A DNA stretch of 64,000 bases, taken from positions 1,376,001-1,440,000 of the forward strand of contig JAXHMG010000003.1 in assembly GCA_034521595.1 (NCBI GenBank). Direction: 5' to 3'. Origin of the DNA: Gemmatimonadota bacterium. GTDB taxonomy: Bacteria > Gemmatimonadota > Gemmatimonadetes > Longimicrobiales > Gaopeijiaceae. The position numbers were made by a program, and so were the translations under genes. Under the pieces are notes generated by a model. It was not told the origin of the DNA, did no database searches, and worked only from the letters and a program-made list of their open reading frames with translations. Of this stretch, positions 37,651 through 46,988 are shown piece after piece. How positions within the stretch are numbered: position 1 is the stretch's first letter; each line of letters opens with the position of its first letter.

Positions 37651-37734
37651 CGGAGGGGGTGGGATTCGAACCCACGTGGGCTTGCGCCCGCCGGTTTTCA
37701 AGACCGGTGCAATGAACCGCTCTGCCACCCCTCC
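37651..37734 (-). tRNA. tRNA-Ser (anticodon UGA), CCA not encoded
   Basis: Acceptor GGAGGGG/CCCCTCC with G73; anticodon arm CCGGT-CTTGAAA-ACCGG; variable arm GGGC-GCAA-GCCC; T arm GTGGG-TTCGAAT-CCCAC. Confidence 0.97.
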
Positions 37735-37797
37735 AAGGTATTCGAACGATACGAAATTCTGCGGTCGAGCTGCAGGGCCGCGGCCGGGATACCACAC

Positions 37798-37829
37798 AAA
37801 AGCCTCCACGACCGGGAGGTCGTGAGGGC
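37798..37829 (-). terminator. Intrinsic terminator-like hairpin after the duplicated tmRNA 3' end
   Basis: GCCCTCACGACC-TCCC-GGTCGTGGAGGC (one mismatch) followed by TTTTG. Confidence 0.6.
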
Positions 37830-37997
37830 ATGGAGGCGGCGGGCGTCCGCTGCGGTCGGCGCTTTGCGCCGATCCTTGCAGGTCTCGCGGGGAAACCGTA
37901 CCGGGCCATGCGGCGAACACCCGCTTGGCCGCTCGGTTCAAACGCCGCGTTCGGGGCGCTACGCGCCCCCGTGGGTTCGCCTCCCGCTGCCTCCATG
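37829..37997 (-). repeat. tmRNA-linked element with direct and inverted copies of the tmRNA 3' end
   Basis: CATGGAGGCGGCGGG (37829-37843) duplicates 38040-38054; GTGGGTTCGCCTCCCGCTGCCTCCATG (37971-37997) is an inverted copy; interior is homologous to the tRNA-Ser array unit. Confidence 0.85.
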
Positions 37998-38001
37998 GGA
38001 C

Positions 38002-38040
38002 AAACGAAAAGGGCCCTACCGGATCTGACCGATAGGGCCC
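38002..38040 (-). terminator. Intrinsic terminator of tmRNA
   Basis: 12-bp stem GGGCCCTATCGG/CCGGTAGGGCCC followed by TTTTCGTTT, directly after the tmRNA 3' end. Confidence 0.85.
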
Positions 38041-38041
38041 A

Positions 38042-38394
38042 TGGAGGCGGCGGGAGTCGAACCCGCGTCCGCGAATGAATTCAGTAGAGCCTCTACGTGC
38101 GTAGAACGCTGAAAAATCTCGTCACGGCGAGCCAGCGATCAACTCGATCCGCGACCAGCCACCTTGAATCTCGTCTACCGGCTCGGCGGCACAACCGGAA
38201 GACCAGCCCGACTTATCGTCGCCTCAAGGAACGCCTCGGGCGGGCGATCCAGGAGACGGGCTACGTAAGGGTTACTTACGCGGCCAGCGCCATGTTGTTG
38301 TTGGCAGCTATTGAATTTCCCGAGTATTTACGAGGATCAGGACCTCGGCACGCAACTCCACCTTCACCAAACACGTCGAAGCCGTGTCGCCCCC
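38042..38394 (-). ncRNA. ssrA: tmRNA (transfer-messenger RNA); tag (A)ANNNMALAA* at 38276-38305
   Basis: 5' GGGGGCGACACGGCTTCGAC; 3' GGACGCGGGTTCGACTCCCGCCGCCTCCA; G3.U70 Ala identity pair; tag ORF ends ALAA-TAA; 353 nt. Confidence 0.96.
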
Positions 38395-38467
38395 GTGTCG
38401 CGCGGACGAGCGAGCTCGCCGCGCTGTGAAGGCTCTTTCAAACAGCACCTTCGTTACCTTCGACTAC

Positions 38468-38497
38468 ATACTACACGGAGGCACCCTCAATGGTCCA
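38468..38497 (-). promoter_or_regulatory. Candidate sigma70-type promoter for tmRNA
   Basis: TGGACC-N18-TAGTAT about 75 nt upstream of the mature 5' end. Confidence 0.35.
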
Positions 38498-38546
38498 TAG
38501 TCGGGAGGAGATCCGAGCCCGATGAACGGTCGGCGGGATCCGTCGG

Positions 38547-39545
38547 CTATGCCGGAACGGCCGTCCGGTGCCGGTCGAGATATGCCTCGAGGATCCTCTC
38601 GACCTCCTCGAGCGACTCCGTCTGGAAGAGCTCGCTCCGGAGCTTCCGCCCGTCGGGAAGCCCCTTCGTGTACCACCCGAGATGCTTCCGGAAGTCGATG
38701 ATGGCCCGGTCCGGATCGTGCTCGAACGCGATGGCGTTGCGCGCGTGCTCCAGGCAGATCTCGAAGCGTTCCTCGACGTCCGGGTCGGGAGGCACGGGTC
38801 GCCCGTCGAGGGCGGCCCGGGCTTGAGCAAACGTCCATGGATCCCCGTGTGAGCCGCGGGCGATCATGATGCCCGCGCACCCCGTCTCCTCCCGCATGCG
38901 GAGGGCATCGGCACCCTCGACGATGTCCCCGTTGCCGATGACGGGAATATCGAGCGCCTCCACGACGTCGCGAATCTCGGACCACCGTGCCTCACCGGAG
39001 TACATCTCCGACCGCGTGCGCGGATGGAGGCAAAGCGCCCGGGCGCCCGCGTCCTGGCAGCGGAGCGCGATCCCGACCGGATCCCGGGTCGGCTCGTCGA
39101 AGCCCGAGCGGATCTTCACGGTGGTGGGAAGGTCGGTCGCGTCGTCCACGGCGCGCACGATGCGGTCCACGAGGTCCAGGTCGCGCAGGCACCCCGAGCC
39201 GCCGTTGCGCTTCACGACCTTCTTGACCGGGCATCCGAAGTTGATGTCGACGTAGTCGGGGCGGTACGCGTCGGCGACCAGCGCGGCCGCATCCGCCATC
39301 ATGGCCGGATCCGCGCCGAAGATCTGGACACCGATCGGCCGCTCGTCGTCGTCGAAGCGCAGGTACTCCCGCGACCGCCGGGAGCCCATCACGAGGCCGG
39401 CGGCGCTCACGAATTCGGTCACGACGACGTCCGCGCCGAACCGCCGGCAAAGCCGGCGGAACGGTGACTCGCTCACCCCGGCCTGGGGCGCGAGATACAA
39501 CGGCGTACGCTCGCTCCGGAGCAACTCGAACATGTCGAAGGGCAT
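38547..39545 (-). CDS. dusB: tRNA-dihydrouridine synthase B
   Basis: LAPQAGV, VQIFG, DINFGCPVKKV, TVKIRSG, HPRT, GNGDI, MIARG. Confidence 0.92.
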   Translation of the reverse strand: MPFDMFELLRSERTPLYLAPQAGVSESPFRRLCRRFGADVVVTEFVSAAGLVMGSRRSREYLRFDDDERPIGVQIFGADPAMMADAAALVADAYRPDYVDINFGCPVKKVVKRNGGSGCLRDLDLVDRIVRAVDDATDLPTTVKIRSGFDEPTRDPVGIALRCQDAGARALCLHPRTRSEMYSGEARWSEIRDVVEALDIPVIGNGDIVEGADALRMREETGCAGIMIARGSHGDPWTFAQARAALDGRPVPPDPDVEERFEICLEHARNAIAFEHDPDRAIIDFRKHLGWYTKGLPDGRKLRSELFQTESLEEVERILEAYLDRHRTAVPA

Positions 39546-39665
39546 GCTCGAAGCTACCCGCGCTCGCGGCACTGGTGAAGCCCGGGGATCGACGCGCTGC
39601 GCGCGATCCCCTATTCTCGTAACGATCATCCAACGAACATCCGACCTGTAGTTCGGAGGACATAT

Positions 39666-40118
39666 ATGCAGCTCACAGAGCTGTTCACGGCCGACGCCGT
39701 GAAGCTCCAACTCGAAGCGGAGACCAAAGACGATCTCCTGAAAGAGTTGATCTCCCTCCTCGACCTCGACGAAAAATCCGAGGCCATCCTTTTCAAGACG
39801 GTGAAGCGCCGCGAGAACCTGGGCTCGACGGGCATCGGCAAGGGCATCGCGATCCCGCACTGCCGCTCCCTGGTCGCGAACCGCCTGCGCCTCGCCTACG
39901 GTCGCAAGCCCGGCGGTATCGACTTCAACGCGATCGACGGCTCGCCGGTATACAACTTCTTCCTGATCGTCGCGCCCCCGCTCGAAGTGTCCAACCAATA
40001 CCTTCCCGTGTTGGGTAAGATCGCACAGTTCGCGAAGGATCCCGAGGTGCCCGACCTCCTGCTCGGGCTGGAGAGCCCGGAAGAGTTTCTCCAGCTACTC
40101 GAAGAGAGGTCCCGATGA
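39666..40118 (+). CDS. PTS EIIA component (Ntr/fructose type)
   Basis: RENLGSTGIGKGIAIPHCR (phospho-His); GGAGG upstream. Confidence 0.9.
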   Translation: MQLTELFTADAVKLQLEAETKDDLLKELISLLDLDEKSEAILFKTVKRRENLGSTGIGKGIAIPHCRSLVANRLRLAYGRKPGGIDFNAIDGSPVYNFFLIVAPPLEVSNQYLPVLGKIAQFAKDPEVPDLLLGLESPEEFLQLLEERSR

Positions 40119-40471
40119 ACGCACAACTCGTGGCCATGCTGGAGATCCAGGACCTGACCTCCAAGGCTCGCGAACTCGAAGGGGATGAGTTGGGCGACCT
40201 GGAACGGGCCCACTTCGGGGTGAATCCGGAGGAGGCCGCGTCGACGTTACGCCAGAAGGCCGATGAGCTCCTCGAAGAGCTCGAGCCCAGGATCCGGCAA
40301 CGGTTCAGGACGATTTCGGGACGGGTGGATCGAGCGGTGGTGCCGGTGATCGGCGGCACGTGCTTCGGTTGCTTCGTGTCGATCCCCACGGCCACCGCGG
40401 GCGAGCAGGACCCGAATGCGACGCTTCAGAGCTGCGAGACCTGTGGACGCTTCATCTACATTCTGGGGTGA
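40115..40471 (+). CDS. C4-type zinc-ribbon protein with short coiled coil
   Basis: CFGC...CETCGRFIY; ATGA overlap with EIIA. Confidence 0.8.
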   Translation: MNAQLVAMLEIQDLTSKARELEGDELGDLERAHFGVNPEEAASTLRQKADELLEELEPRIRQRFRTISGRVDRAVVPVIGGTCFGCFVSIPTATAGEQDPNATLQSCETCGRFIYILG

Positions 40472-40504
40472 GCGAGAGGCGTCCGCCCCGGCCCGGTAGG
40501 GTAT

Positions 40505-40951
40505 CTACTTCAAGACGTACATCTTCCGCGTCGCGCTGCGGCCGTTGACCGTGAGCTGCATGAAGTAGATACCCGAAGCGACCTGCCGGCCGGAGAGGTC
40601 GTAGCCGTCCCAATATGCTTCGTAGTCGCCGGGCATCGTGTATTCGAGCTGACGGACTTCCTGTCCTTCTCCCGACGGATGCCCGAGCGCCACGGGGTGG
40701 GCGACGAGCTGTTGGAGCACGTTGAAGATCCTGATGGACACGACGACAGGACGCCCGTCGACGAACAACTCTTCCCCCAACGTGAAGGGAATGGTCGTCT
40801 CCGGGTTGAACGGGTTCGGATAGTTTTGTTCCAGTTGGAATCCGTTCGCCCGCTCGGGCGCCGCTTCCCTGGCTCTGTCCTGCGCCGCGAGAGCCTGGGG
40901 GCCGACGATCGAGAGAAGGAGGACGGACAAGACGCCGATGGTGCGTCTCAT
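40505..40951 (-). CDS. Small secreted FlgD-Ig / T9SS C-terminal-domain-like protein
   Basis: Signal peptide; LEQNYPNPFNPET; WDG...G.QVASGIYF; RKMYVLK end. Confidence 0.78.
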   Translation of the reverse strand: MRRTIGVLSVLLLSIVGPQALAAQDRAREAAPERANGFQLEQNYPNPFNPETTIPFTLGEELFVDGRPVVVSIRIFNVLQQLVAHPVALGHPSGEGQEVRQLEYTMPGDYEAYWDGYDLSGRQVASGIYFMQLTVNGRSATRKMYVLK

Positions 40952-41157
40952 CAGGACCTCGGCACAACTGCTGTGCGGTAGCTAAGCGTCAATCGCGCTC
41001 CATTCGGTGAACCCTCGACGGCGTTACACGCCACCTCTCATCCATAGTACGCTCCGGCAGGAGCGCGGGTCAAGCAACCTGCTTCCTCTTGAGACACCGA
41101 CGGGCCCTCGGAGGTTGCCCGGGTCCGTGCAAGGCCCGAGCGGCCCGCCCGAGGAGG

Positions 41158-43074
41158 TCAGTCCGAAGGCACGGACCGACCGTCCTCGCGCCGTAGCGTG
41201 ACCCCTCGCGTGTCGAGGTAGTTCAGAAGGGGGATGAGGTGTTTGCGCGTGACGTCGAGGGCATCCCTGAAGTCGGCGGGCCCCAACCCGACACGCCCCC
41301 CCAGCGACGCACGCACACGTTCCTCGGCCGCCCGAAGGTGATCCCGTCCCACATAGAGGTCGTCGGCGACCTGCTCGACCACCCCGCGCTCCTCGAGCCA
41401 GTAGAGGAGCGACCAGAGGTCCGGCCGGCCGGCGAGCGGCTCGGGTAGCTCGTCCACGAACGGGGGGGCCAATCCGCCGGCCAGGAGGACTTCCGTCAAC
41501 CGCTTCGACGCCTCCTCCTGATCCGTCGTGAGACGGGGCTCGTGCGCGGGATCGCGCACACCGCCGTCCTCCGAAACCAGCGCCTGATCCTGCACGAGCT
41601 CTCGTATGACGGCGTCCGCCAGGCCGGAGGGCGCCCACGAAGGGAGCGCCGAACGGACATGCGCCAGAGGAATGGCACGCCGCACGGGATCCCGGGCATG
41701 TTCGTTCGTCACCGCGTCGACCAGCAGGCCGCGCGCCCGCCCCCAGATCTCCGGGGCGAAGACCCGCTCTCCACTCCGCCTCACCTCGATGTCGGCGGCC
41801 ACCGGCTCGGCCAGGAGCCGCTCGGCGCCGGCCGCCGAAATCCCCGTGCGCACCGGCAGCGCAGCGATCTCGAGCCCCATCCACCCGCTCAGCTCGAGCA
41901 GCGCGACCAAGGTCTCGCCGTCACCCCCGTCCAGCACGCGGGCGAGTCGGGCACGGACGCTCTCGTCCAAACGGTTGCGCTTCGGTGGGTGCGTCTCGGC
42001 GACGATCCCCCCGGCGATGGTCGTCACGGGCGAATAGGACCGCAACACGAGCCGGTCTCTGCCGCGCACCACGAGCGGCTCCTCGAGTCGGAGCTGCACC
42101 CAACCCACGTCGCCGGACGCCAACATCTCGACTTCGTCGAGCAGCACGCACCGAGCCTGGACCTGGGCCGTGCCGTGGTGGACATGCACCCGCTGATTGT
42201 GCTGGATGCTCCAGTCCGAGTCCGAGAGCACCTGAATCCGTACGGTAAGCATGTGGCTGGTCGACCACGCCGGGGACGCGACCAACGTGGCCCCCCTGTC
42301 GACCACGTCACGGTCGGCGCCGCTCCCGGCGAGCGCCACGGCCGTTCGCTCCCCGGCCCGGGCCACGTCGGCGCCGCGCCCGTGGACCTGCAAGCTCCGC
42401 ACCCGGGCCTCGAGGTCCCGAGGCAGGATACGAACGCGGTCGCCGGTCCGCAGGGATCCGCTCCAGAGAGTGCCGGTGACCACGGTCCCCGTGCCCTGGA
42501 TCGTGAATACCCGATCGAGCGGCAGGCGCGCCAGGTCGACCTCGTCCCGCGCGGGAACCTTCGAGGCGGCTTCGGCCAACGCGTGCACGAGCTCTTCCAC
42601 TCCGGTTCCGTCCACCGCCGAGGTGGGCACCCGAGGCGCGTCCCCGTACGGTGTACCCGCGAGCAGATCGTCGACGTCGGCTTCGACCAGCTCCATCCAC
42701 TCCGCGTCGACCAGGTCCCGCTTGGTGTACGCCACGACCACTTCGGGCACGCCCAAGAGCCGCACGATCCCGAGGTGCTCTCGCGTCTGCGGCATCACGC
42801 CCTCGTCCGCGGCGACCACGAGCAGCACCACGTCCATCCCGGCCGCTCCCGCGAGCATCGAACGCACGAAAGCCTCGTGCCCCGGCACGTCGACCACCCC
42901 GAAGCGCGGGAGATCGTCGCGACTCAACTCCGCGAACCCCAGCTCGATCGTGATCCCGCGGGCTTGCTCCTCCTTCAGGCGATCGGTGTCGACACCGGTC
43001 AGCGCGCGCACGAGCGCGGTCTTCCCGTGATCGATGTGCCCGGCGGTTCCGAGGATGAACGGATGCGTGCTCAC
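41158..43074 (-). CDS. selB: Selenocysteine-specific translation elongation factor
   Basis: [36 protein letters not shown]-terminal winged helix [16 protein letters not shown] overlap with recO. Confidence 0.93.
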   Translation of the reverse strand: MSTHPFILGTAGHIDHGKTALVRALTGVDTDRLKEEQARGITIELGFAELSRDDLPRFGVVDVPGHEAFVRSMLAGAAGMDVVLLVVAADEGVMPQTREHLGIVRLLGVPEVVVAYTKRDLVDAEWMELVEADVDDLLAGTPYGDAPRVPTSAVDGTGVEELVHALAEAASKVPARDEVDLARLPLDRVFTIQGTGTVVTGTLWSGSLRTGDRVRILPRDLEARVRSLQVHGRGADVARAGERTAVALAGSGADRDVVDRGATLVASPAWSTSHMLTVRIQVLSDSDWSIQHNQRVHVHHGTAQVQARCVLLDEVEMLASGDVGWVQLRLEEPLVVRGRDRLVLRSYSPVTTIAGGIVAETHPPKRNRLDESVRARLARVLDGGDGETLVALLELSGWMGLEIAALPVRTGISAAGAERLLAEPVAADIEVRRSGERVFAPEIWGRARGLLVDAVTNEHARDPVRRAIPLAHVRSALPSWAPSGLADAVIRELVQDQALVSEDGGVRDPAHEPRLTTDQEEASKRLTEVLLAGGLAPPFVDELPEPLAGRPDLWSLLYWLEERGVVEQVADDLYVGRDHLRAAEERVRASLGGRVGLGPADFRDALDVTRKHLIPLLNYLDTRGVTLRREDGRSVPSD

Positions 43075-43832
43075 GAAGGCTCGTCCGCGTCCGGAGGAAG
43101 TCGGTCCGCGAGGAACCGGAGGGCCTTCAGCGGCTTCTGTGCCACGTGGTGCGCTACGAAGTCCGAGATCAGCGCGAGATGGCGTCGCGGGTGCGTGAGC
43201 GCGCCCGGCGGGCTTCCCTCGAGAAGCGCCCGGACCTGGCCACGGGCGATAGGCCCGAGGCGCGGACCCGTGGGCCCATGCCCGCATGCCTCACAGCGCA
43301 GCCCCCCGGCTTCGAAGTCGAACCGACCGACCTCATCGTCGCCCAGGGACCGCCCGCAGTGCACGCACGCCGTCAGCTCCGGCTCGAAGCCGAACACGCT
43401 CGTCACCCGCCACAGCGCCGACAGAATCGCCGGCGGCAACTCGGAAGCCACCGCGGCGTCGAGGCGGTCGAGCTCCTCGTTCAACCGCTCGAAAAGCATC
43501 GGTTGCGGTTCCTGCTCGGCGTGCGAGAGCACCAACTCGACCAAGCAGGCCGCCCCGGCGAACCGCAGCACGTGGAGAGGAATCCGCGGTCTGGCTCGCT
43601 CGCTCGAGAAGTCCTTCATGGTGTGGAGGTCGCCGTACGGCTTCACATAGGCCACCAAGTCGCCCGAGGAGAAGCTGCTCACCGCGGACCCTCCCTTGCC
43701 ACTCCGGCCGCGCACGCCCCGGGCCACGACGCTCAAGAGCCCGTGGTCCAGCGTGTAGAACCGCAAGATGCGGCTGGTGTCCCCGTAGTCATAGCCCCGC
43801 AGGAGCACGGCTCGAGTGCTGACGGGCGCCAC
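43071..43832 (-). CDS. recO: DNA repair protein RecO
   Basis: AVLLRGYDYGDTSRIL..GLLSVVARG; zinc motif CVHC...CEAC. Confidence 0.88.
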   Translation of the reverse strand: MAPVSTRAVLLRGYDYGDTSRILRFYTLDHGLLSVVARGVRGRSGKGGSAVSSFSSGDLVAYVKPYGDLHTMKDFSSERARPRIPLHVLRFAGAACLVELVLSHAEQEPQPMLFERLNEELDRLDAAVASELPPAILSALWRVTSVFGFEPELTACVHCGRSLGDDEVGRFDFEAGGLRCEACGHGPTGPRLGPIARGQVRALLEGSPPGALTHPRRHLALISDFVAHHVAQKPLKALRFLADRLPPDADEPS

Positions 43833-43833
43833 G

Positions 43834-45072
43834 TCAGGAAACCGCCTCCAGCTGTCGGAGTAGCTCGGCCCTTCGGGCCTCGTACGCGGCACGCTCCTCG
43901 TCGGTCGGCGAGGCGTTCGACTCGAAGGCTTCGTCGAGCCGGGCGATCTCCACGAGGACGGCCTGACGGTTGGCCCCGGCCGCCCCCACCGACCCGGCAG
44001 AGGGGCTCCCGCCCACGCCCGCGGCAGCGGGCGCCTGACGGCCCTTCAGCACGAAGAGCGCCGCGACCGCCAAAGCGAGTCCCACCAGGACCGTGACCCA
44101 CTCCATCGGAATCTCCCCTTCCTGCTCCGTCTCGATGACGGAGACCCGGCCCGGACCGACGTCGATCCCCGAGTACCGCCGGTACGTGGATCCCTGCTCC
44201 AGCTCGACCCGGCCCTGCAGCTCGAGCCCTTCCACGCCGACCCGGGGCGAAGGCTCCCGAACGAGGAGGTCGAACGCTTCGGTATTGCCCGGTGTGGGCA
44301 CGGGACCGAACGGGTCGTCGACGGCGTAGCGGAACACGAAAACACGCTCGCCCGGGGAGATCGCGGCCCGAACCGAGACGACGCCGTCCCGGAACAGCGT
44401 GCCGTCGATGGCGAACTCGCCCTGCCCCGAGCTGAAGTCCCGTGCGCCCTCGGGAAGCGGATAGCGCCACACCGCTCCCCCCTCCGGTGCGATGAGGGTC
44501 CGGTCCCCGTCGTTGCGGAGCTGGAAGATGTCGGTCACCCGCCACTCCTCACCGTTCGGCTCGAAGAAGATGTTGCGCGCCTGGAGGGGGATGTCGGCGC
44601 CTCCTTCCGCGACCATGGCGGTATCGTACGCCTGAATGCGGTAGATGGAGTCGAGCTGGGTGGTCGTCGCGAGCGCCGACCCGAAATAAAGGATCCCGGC
44701 GTGCCGTACCGAAGCGAAATAGAAGCGCTCCGCCGCGCGGTCCGGTGGCGAAGGAAGCCGGAACGAGAAGCTTCCCTCTTCTGAGACCCCGACGGAATCG
44801 ATCTCCCCTTGCTCGATGTCGGTGACCTGGTGCAGGACGACGGTCCCCGTGTCGAGAGGCGCGTCGCCGACCAACACTTCGCCGCGCAACAGAGGCTGCT
44901 CGGGTTCTTGCGCATGACCGTCGGACGCGCTTGCGAGGAAGGCGAGCGCCGCGGTCGCGACGAGGGCGTGGAGAGACCGGATCGAGCGCACGGCGGTGCT
45001 CCGATGGCGCCCCGAAAGGGCGGAAGTCGTGAGGGATGAAGAAGATCGGACGGGGCGTTCGGCCTGGGCCAT
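43834..45072 (-). CDS. Hypothetical membrane-anchored periplasmic protein
   Basis: Signal-like hydrophobic segment; beta-rich body; C-terminal TM and a short helical tail (EIARLDEAFE..YEARRAELL); true start may be GTG at 44991. Confidence 0.65.
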   Translation of the reverse strand: MAQAERPVRSSSSLTTSALSGRHRSTAVRSIRSLHALVATAALAFLASASDGHAQEPEQPLLRGEVLVGDAPLDTGTVVLHQVTDIEQGEIDSVGVSEEGSFSFRLPSPPDRAAERFYFASVRHAGILYFGSALATTTQLDSIYRIQAYDTAMVAEGGADIPLQARNIFFEPNGEEWRVTDIFQLRNDGDRTLIAPEGGAVWRYPLPEGARDFSSGQGEFAIDGTLFRDGVVSVRAAISPGERVFVFRYAVDDPFGPVPTPGNTEAFDLLVREPSPRVGVEGLELQGRVELEQGSTYRRYSGIDVGPGRVSVIETEQEGEIPMEWVTVLVGLALAVAALFVLKGRQAPAAAGVGGSPSAGSVGAAGANRQAVLVEIARLDEAFESNASPTDEERAAYEARRAELLRQLEAVS

Positions 45073-45612
45073 CTAAGGAGTGAAGCGGCCGAAATCCTCC
45101 GGATTCAGCTTCCGTAGATGTTCCTTGAGCTCGTCCGGCCCCATGGATTCGGGCTCCTCGACCACCGGCTCCTGGACCTCGAACGGAAGGTCCACGACCG
45201 ACTCCTCGTCGGCGACCTCGATGGACGCGTTCTCGAGCAGGTCGCCCTCGGCGAAGATCCGGGCATCGACCCGAAGCGCCACCGCGATCGAATCCGACGG
45301 ACGCGCATCCAGCGAGAAGACCTCGCCGTCGCGATGTACGATCAACTCGGCGTAGTAGGTGCTCTTCTCGACCCGCGTGATGATCACCTTCTCGAGTGTG
45401 CCCCCGAGGCCTCGCAACACCGAGCAGAGCAGGTCATGCGTCAGCGGCCGGGCAAACTCCATGTCCGCGAGCTGCATCGCGATCGCGCTCGCCTCACCCG
45501 GGCCGATCCAGATGGGGAGCACGCGCTCGCCCTCCGACTCCTCCAAGATCACTACGGGAGTGTTCGAGGAGCGGTCGAGCGCCAAACTCTGAACCTTGAC
45601 CTCTACCAACAC
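45073..45612 (-). CDS. Bifunctional nuclease family protein (DUF151)
   Basis: LPIWIGPGEA, RPLTHDL, DARPSDSIAVALR. Confidence 0.88.
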   Translation of the reverse strand: MLVEVKVQSLALDRSSNTPVVILEESEGERVLPIWIGPGEASAIAMQLADMEFARPLTHDLLCSVLRGLGGTLEKVIITRVEKSTYYAELIVHRDGEVFSLDARPSDSIAVALRVDARIFAEGDLLENASIEVADEESVVDLPFEVQEPVVEEPESMGPDELKEHLRKLNPEDFGRFTP

Positions 45613-45744
45613 GACGCGGGAACCTCCGCACCGGAGTCATGGAATTCGGGGCCGTACGGCCCCACTCACCCCCCAATACTCCGAAGCACCGCCCGGGTTC
45701 TGTGACCCGGACGGTGCTTCGGATTCCCGCTCGCGCTCGACGGA

Positions 45745-46926
45745 TCAGCCGCCGACCGCGGTCTTCAGGTCGTCGACCCGGTTCGTCAGCTCCCAGGGGA
45801 AGAACTGAACCGGCTTGTCGCCACCGGCCGACGGAATCCTCTTTTCCGGCTTGCGCCCGAAGTGACCATACGCGGCCGAGGGCGTGAAGATCGCGTTCGT
45901 GAGACCGAGCGTCTCGATGATCTTGTTCGGCCGGAAGTCGAACACCTCGTCGACGGCTTCCGCGATCTTCTCCTCGGGAATCTCGCTGGTGCCGAAGGTC
46001 AGCACCCGAACCGAGACCGGCTCCGCCACGCCGATGGCATAGGCGAGCTGGATCTCGCAGCGCTGCGCCAGTCCGGCCGCGACCACGTTCTTCGCGGCCC
46101 ACCGCGCAGCGTACGCCGCCGAACGGTCGACCTTCGTCGCGTCCTTGCCGGAGAAGGCGCCACCACCGTGACGACCGACGCCACCATAGGTGTCGACGAT
46201 GATCTTGCGGCCCGTGAGCCCGGCGTCACCGTGAGGCCCACCGATCACGAAGCGGCCGGTGGGGTTGATGTGGAGGACACAGTCTTCGGGATCGAAGAGC
46301 TTCTTCGGCAGCACCGGCTTGATGACCTTCTCGAGGATCCCGTCCCGGATCGTGCGGTCACGCACGTCGGGGTCGTGCTGCGTGCTGACGACCACGGTGT
46401 GCACGCGCACCGGCTCGTCGCCGTCGAACTCCATCGTGACCTGCGACTTCCCGTCCGGGCGCACCCAGGGAAGCTCGCCTTCATGGCGCACCTCGGCGAG
46501 CCGCTGGGTGATGCGATGCGCGTAGTGGATGCTGGCCGGCATCAACTCGTCGGTCTCATCGCTCGCGTACCCGAACATCATCCCCTGGTCGCCCGCGCCG
46601 CCCGGATCCACGCCCTGAGCGATGTCGGGAGACTGCTGGTCGATGTTCGTCAGCACCGCACACGTCATCGCGTCGATGCCGTGCTCAGAGTTGGTGTAGC
46701 CGATGCGCTGCAGCGTGCCACGAATGACGTCGGGCAGGTGCACGTAGCAGTCGGTCGAGATCTCGCCCGCTACGAGGGCCATGCCGGTCGTGACCATCGT
46801 CTCGCACGCGACCCGCGAATTCGGGTCCTTGGCGAGGAGGTGGTCGAGGATTGCATCGGAGATTTGGTCGGAGATCTTGTCGGGGTGACCTTCGGTCACC
46901 GACTCGGACGTAAAGAGATTTTTCAC
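45745..46926 (-). CDS. metK: S-adenosylmethionine synthetase
   Basis: [48 protein letters not shown]. Confidence 0.98.
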   Translation of the reverse strand: MKNLFTSESVTEGHPDKISDQISDAILDHLLAKDPNSRVACETMVTTGMALVAGEISTDCYVHLPDVIRGTLQRIGYTNSEHGIDAMTCAVLTNIDQQSPDIAQGVDPGGAGDQGMMFGYASDETDELMPASIHYAHRITQRLAEVRHEGELPWVRPDGKSQVTMEFDGDEPVRVHTVVVSTQHDPDVRDRTIRDGILEKVIKPVLPKKLFDPEDCVLHINPTGRFVIGGPHGDAGLTGRKIIVDTYGGVGRHGGGAFSGKDATKVDRSAAYAARWAAKNVVAAGLAQRCEIQLAYAIGVAEPVSVRVLTFGTSEIPEEKIAEAVDEVFDFRPNKIIETLGLTNAIFTPSAAYGHFGRKPEKRIPSAGGDKPVQFFPWELTNRVDDLKTAVGG

Positions 46927-46988
46927 AGGGATATCTTCCTGGGAATCGGCTGAGGTTCTACGAATGACGAGTCTTGTACCCTATGCAA

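Noticed and set aside
36838-38078. ORFs across the repeat array, tRNA-Ser and tmRNA flank (e.g. 36838-37941, 36936-37616)
   Set aside because: They are translations of GC-rich repeats and RNA genes, with no protein-like composition.
46927-46988. SAM riboswitch upstream of metK
   Set aside because: The gap is only 62 bp and no SAM-I core motif is visible.
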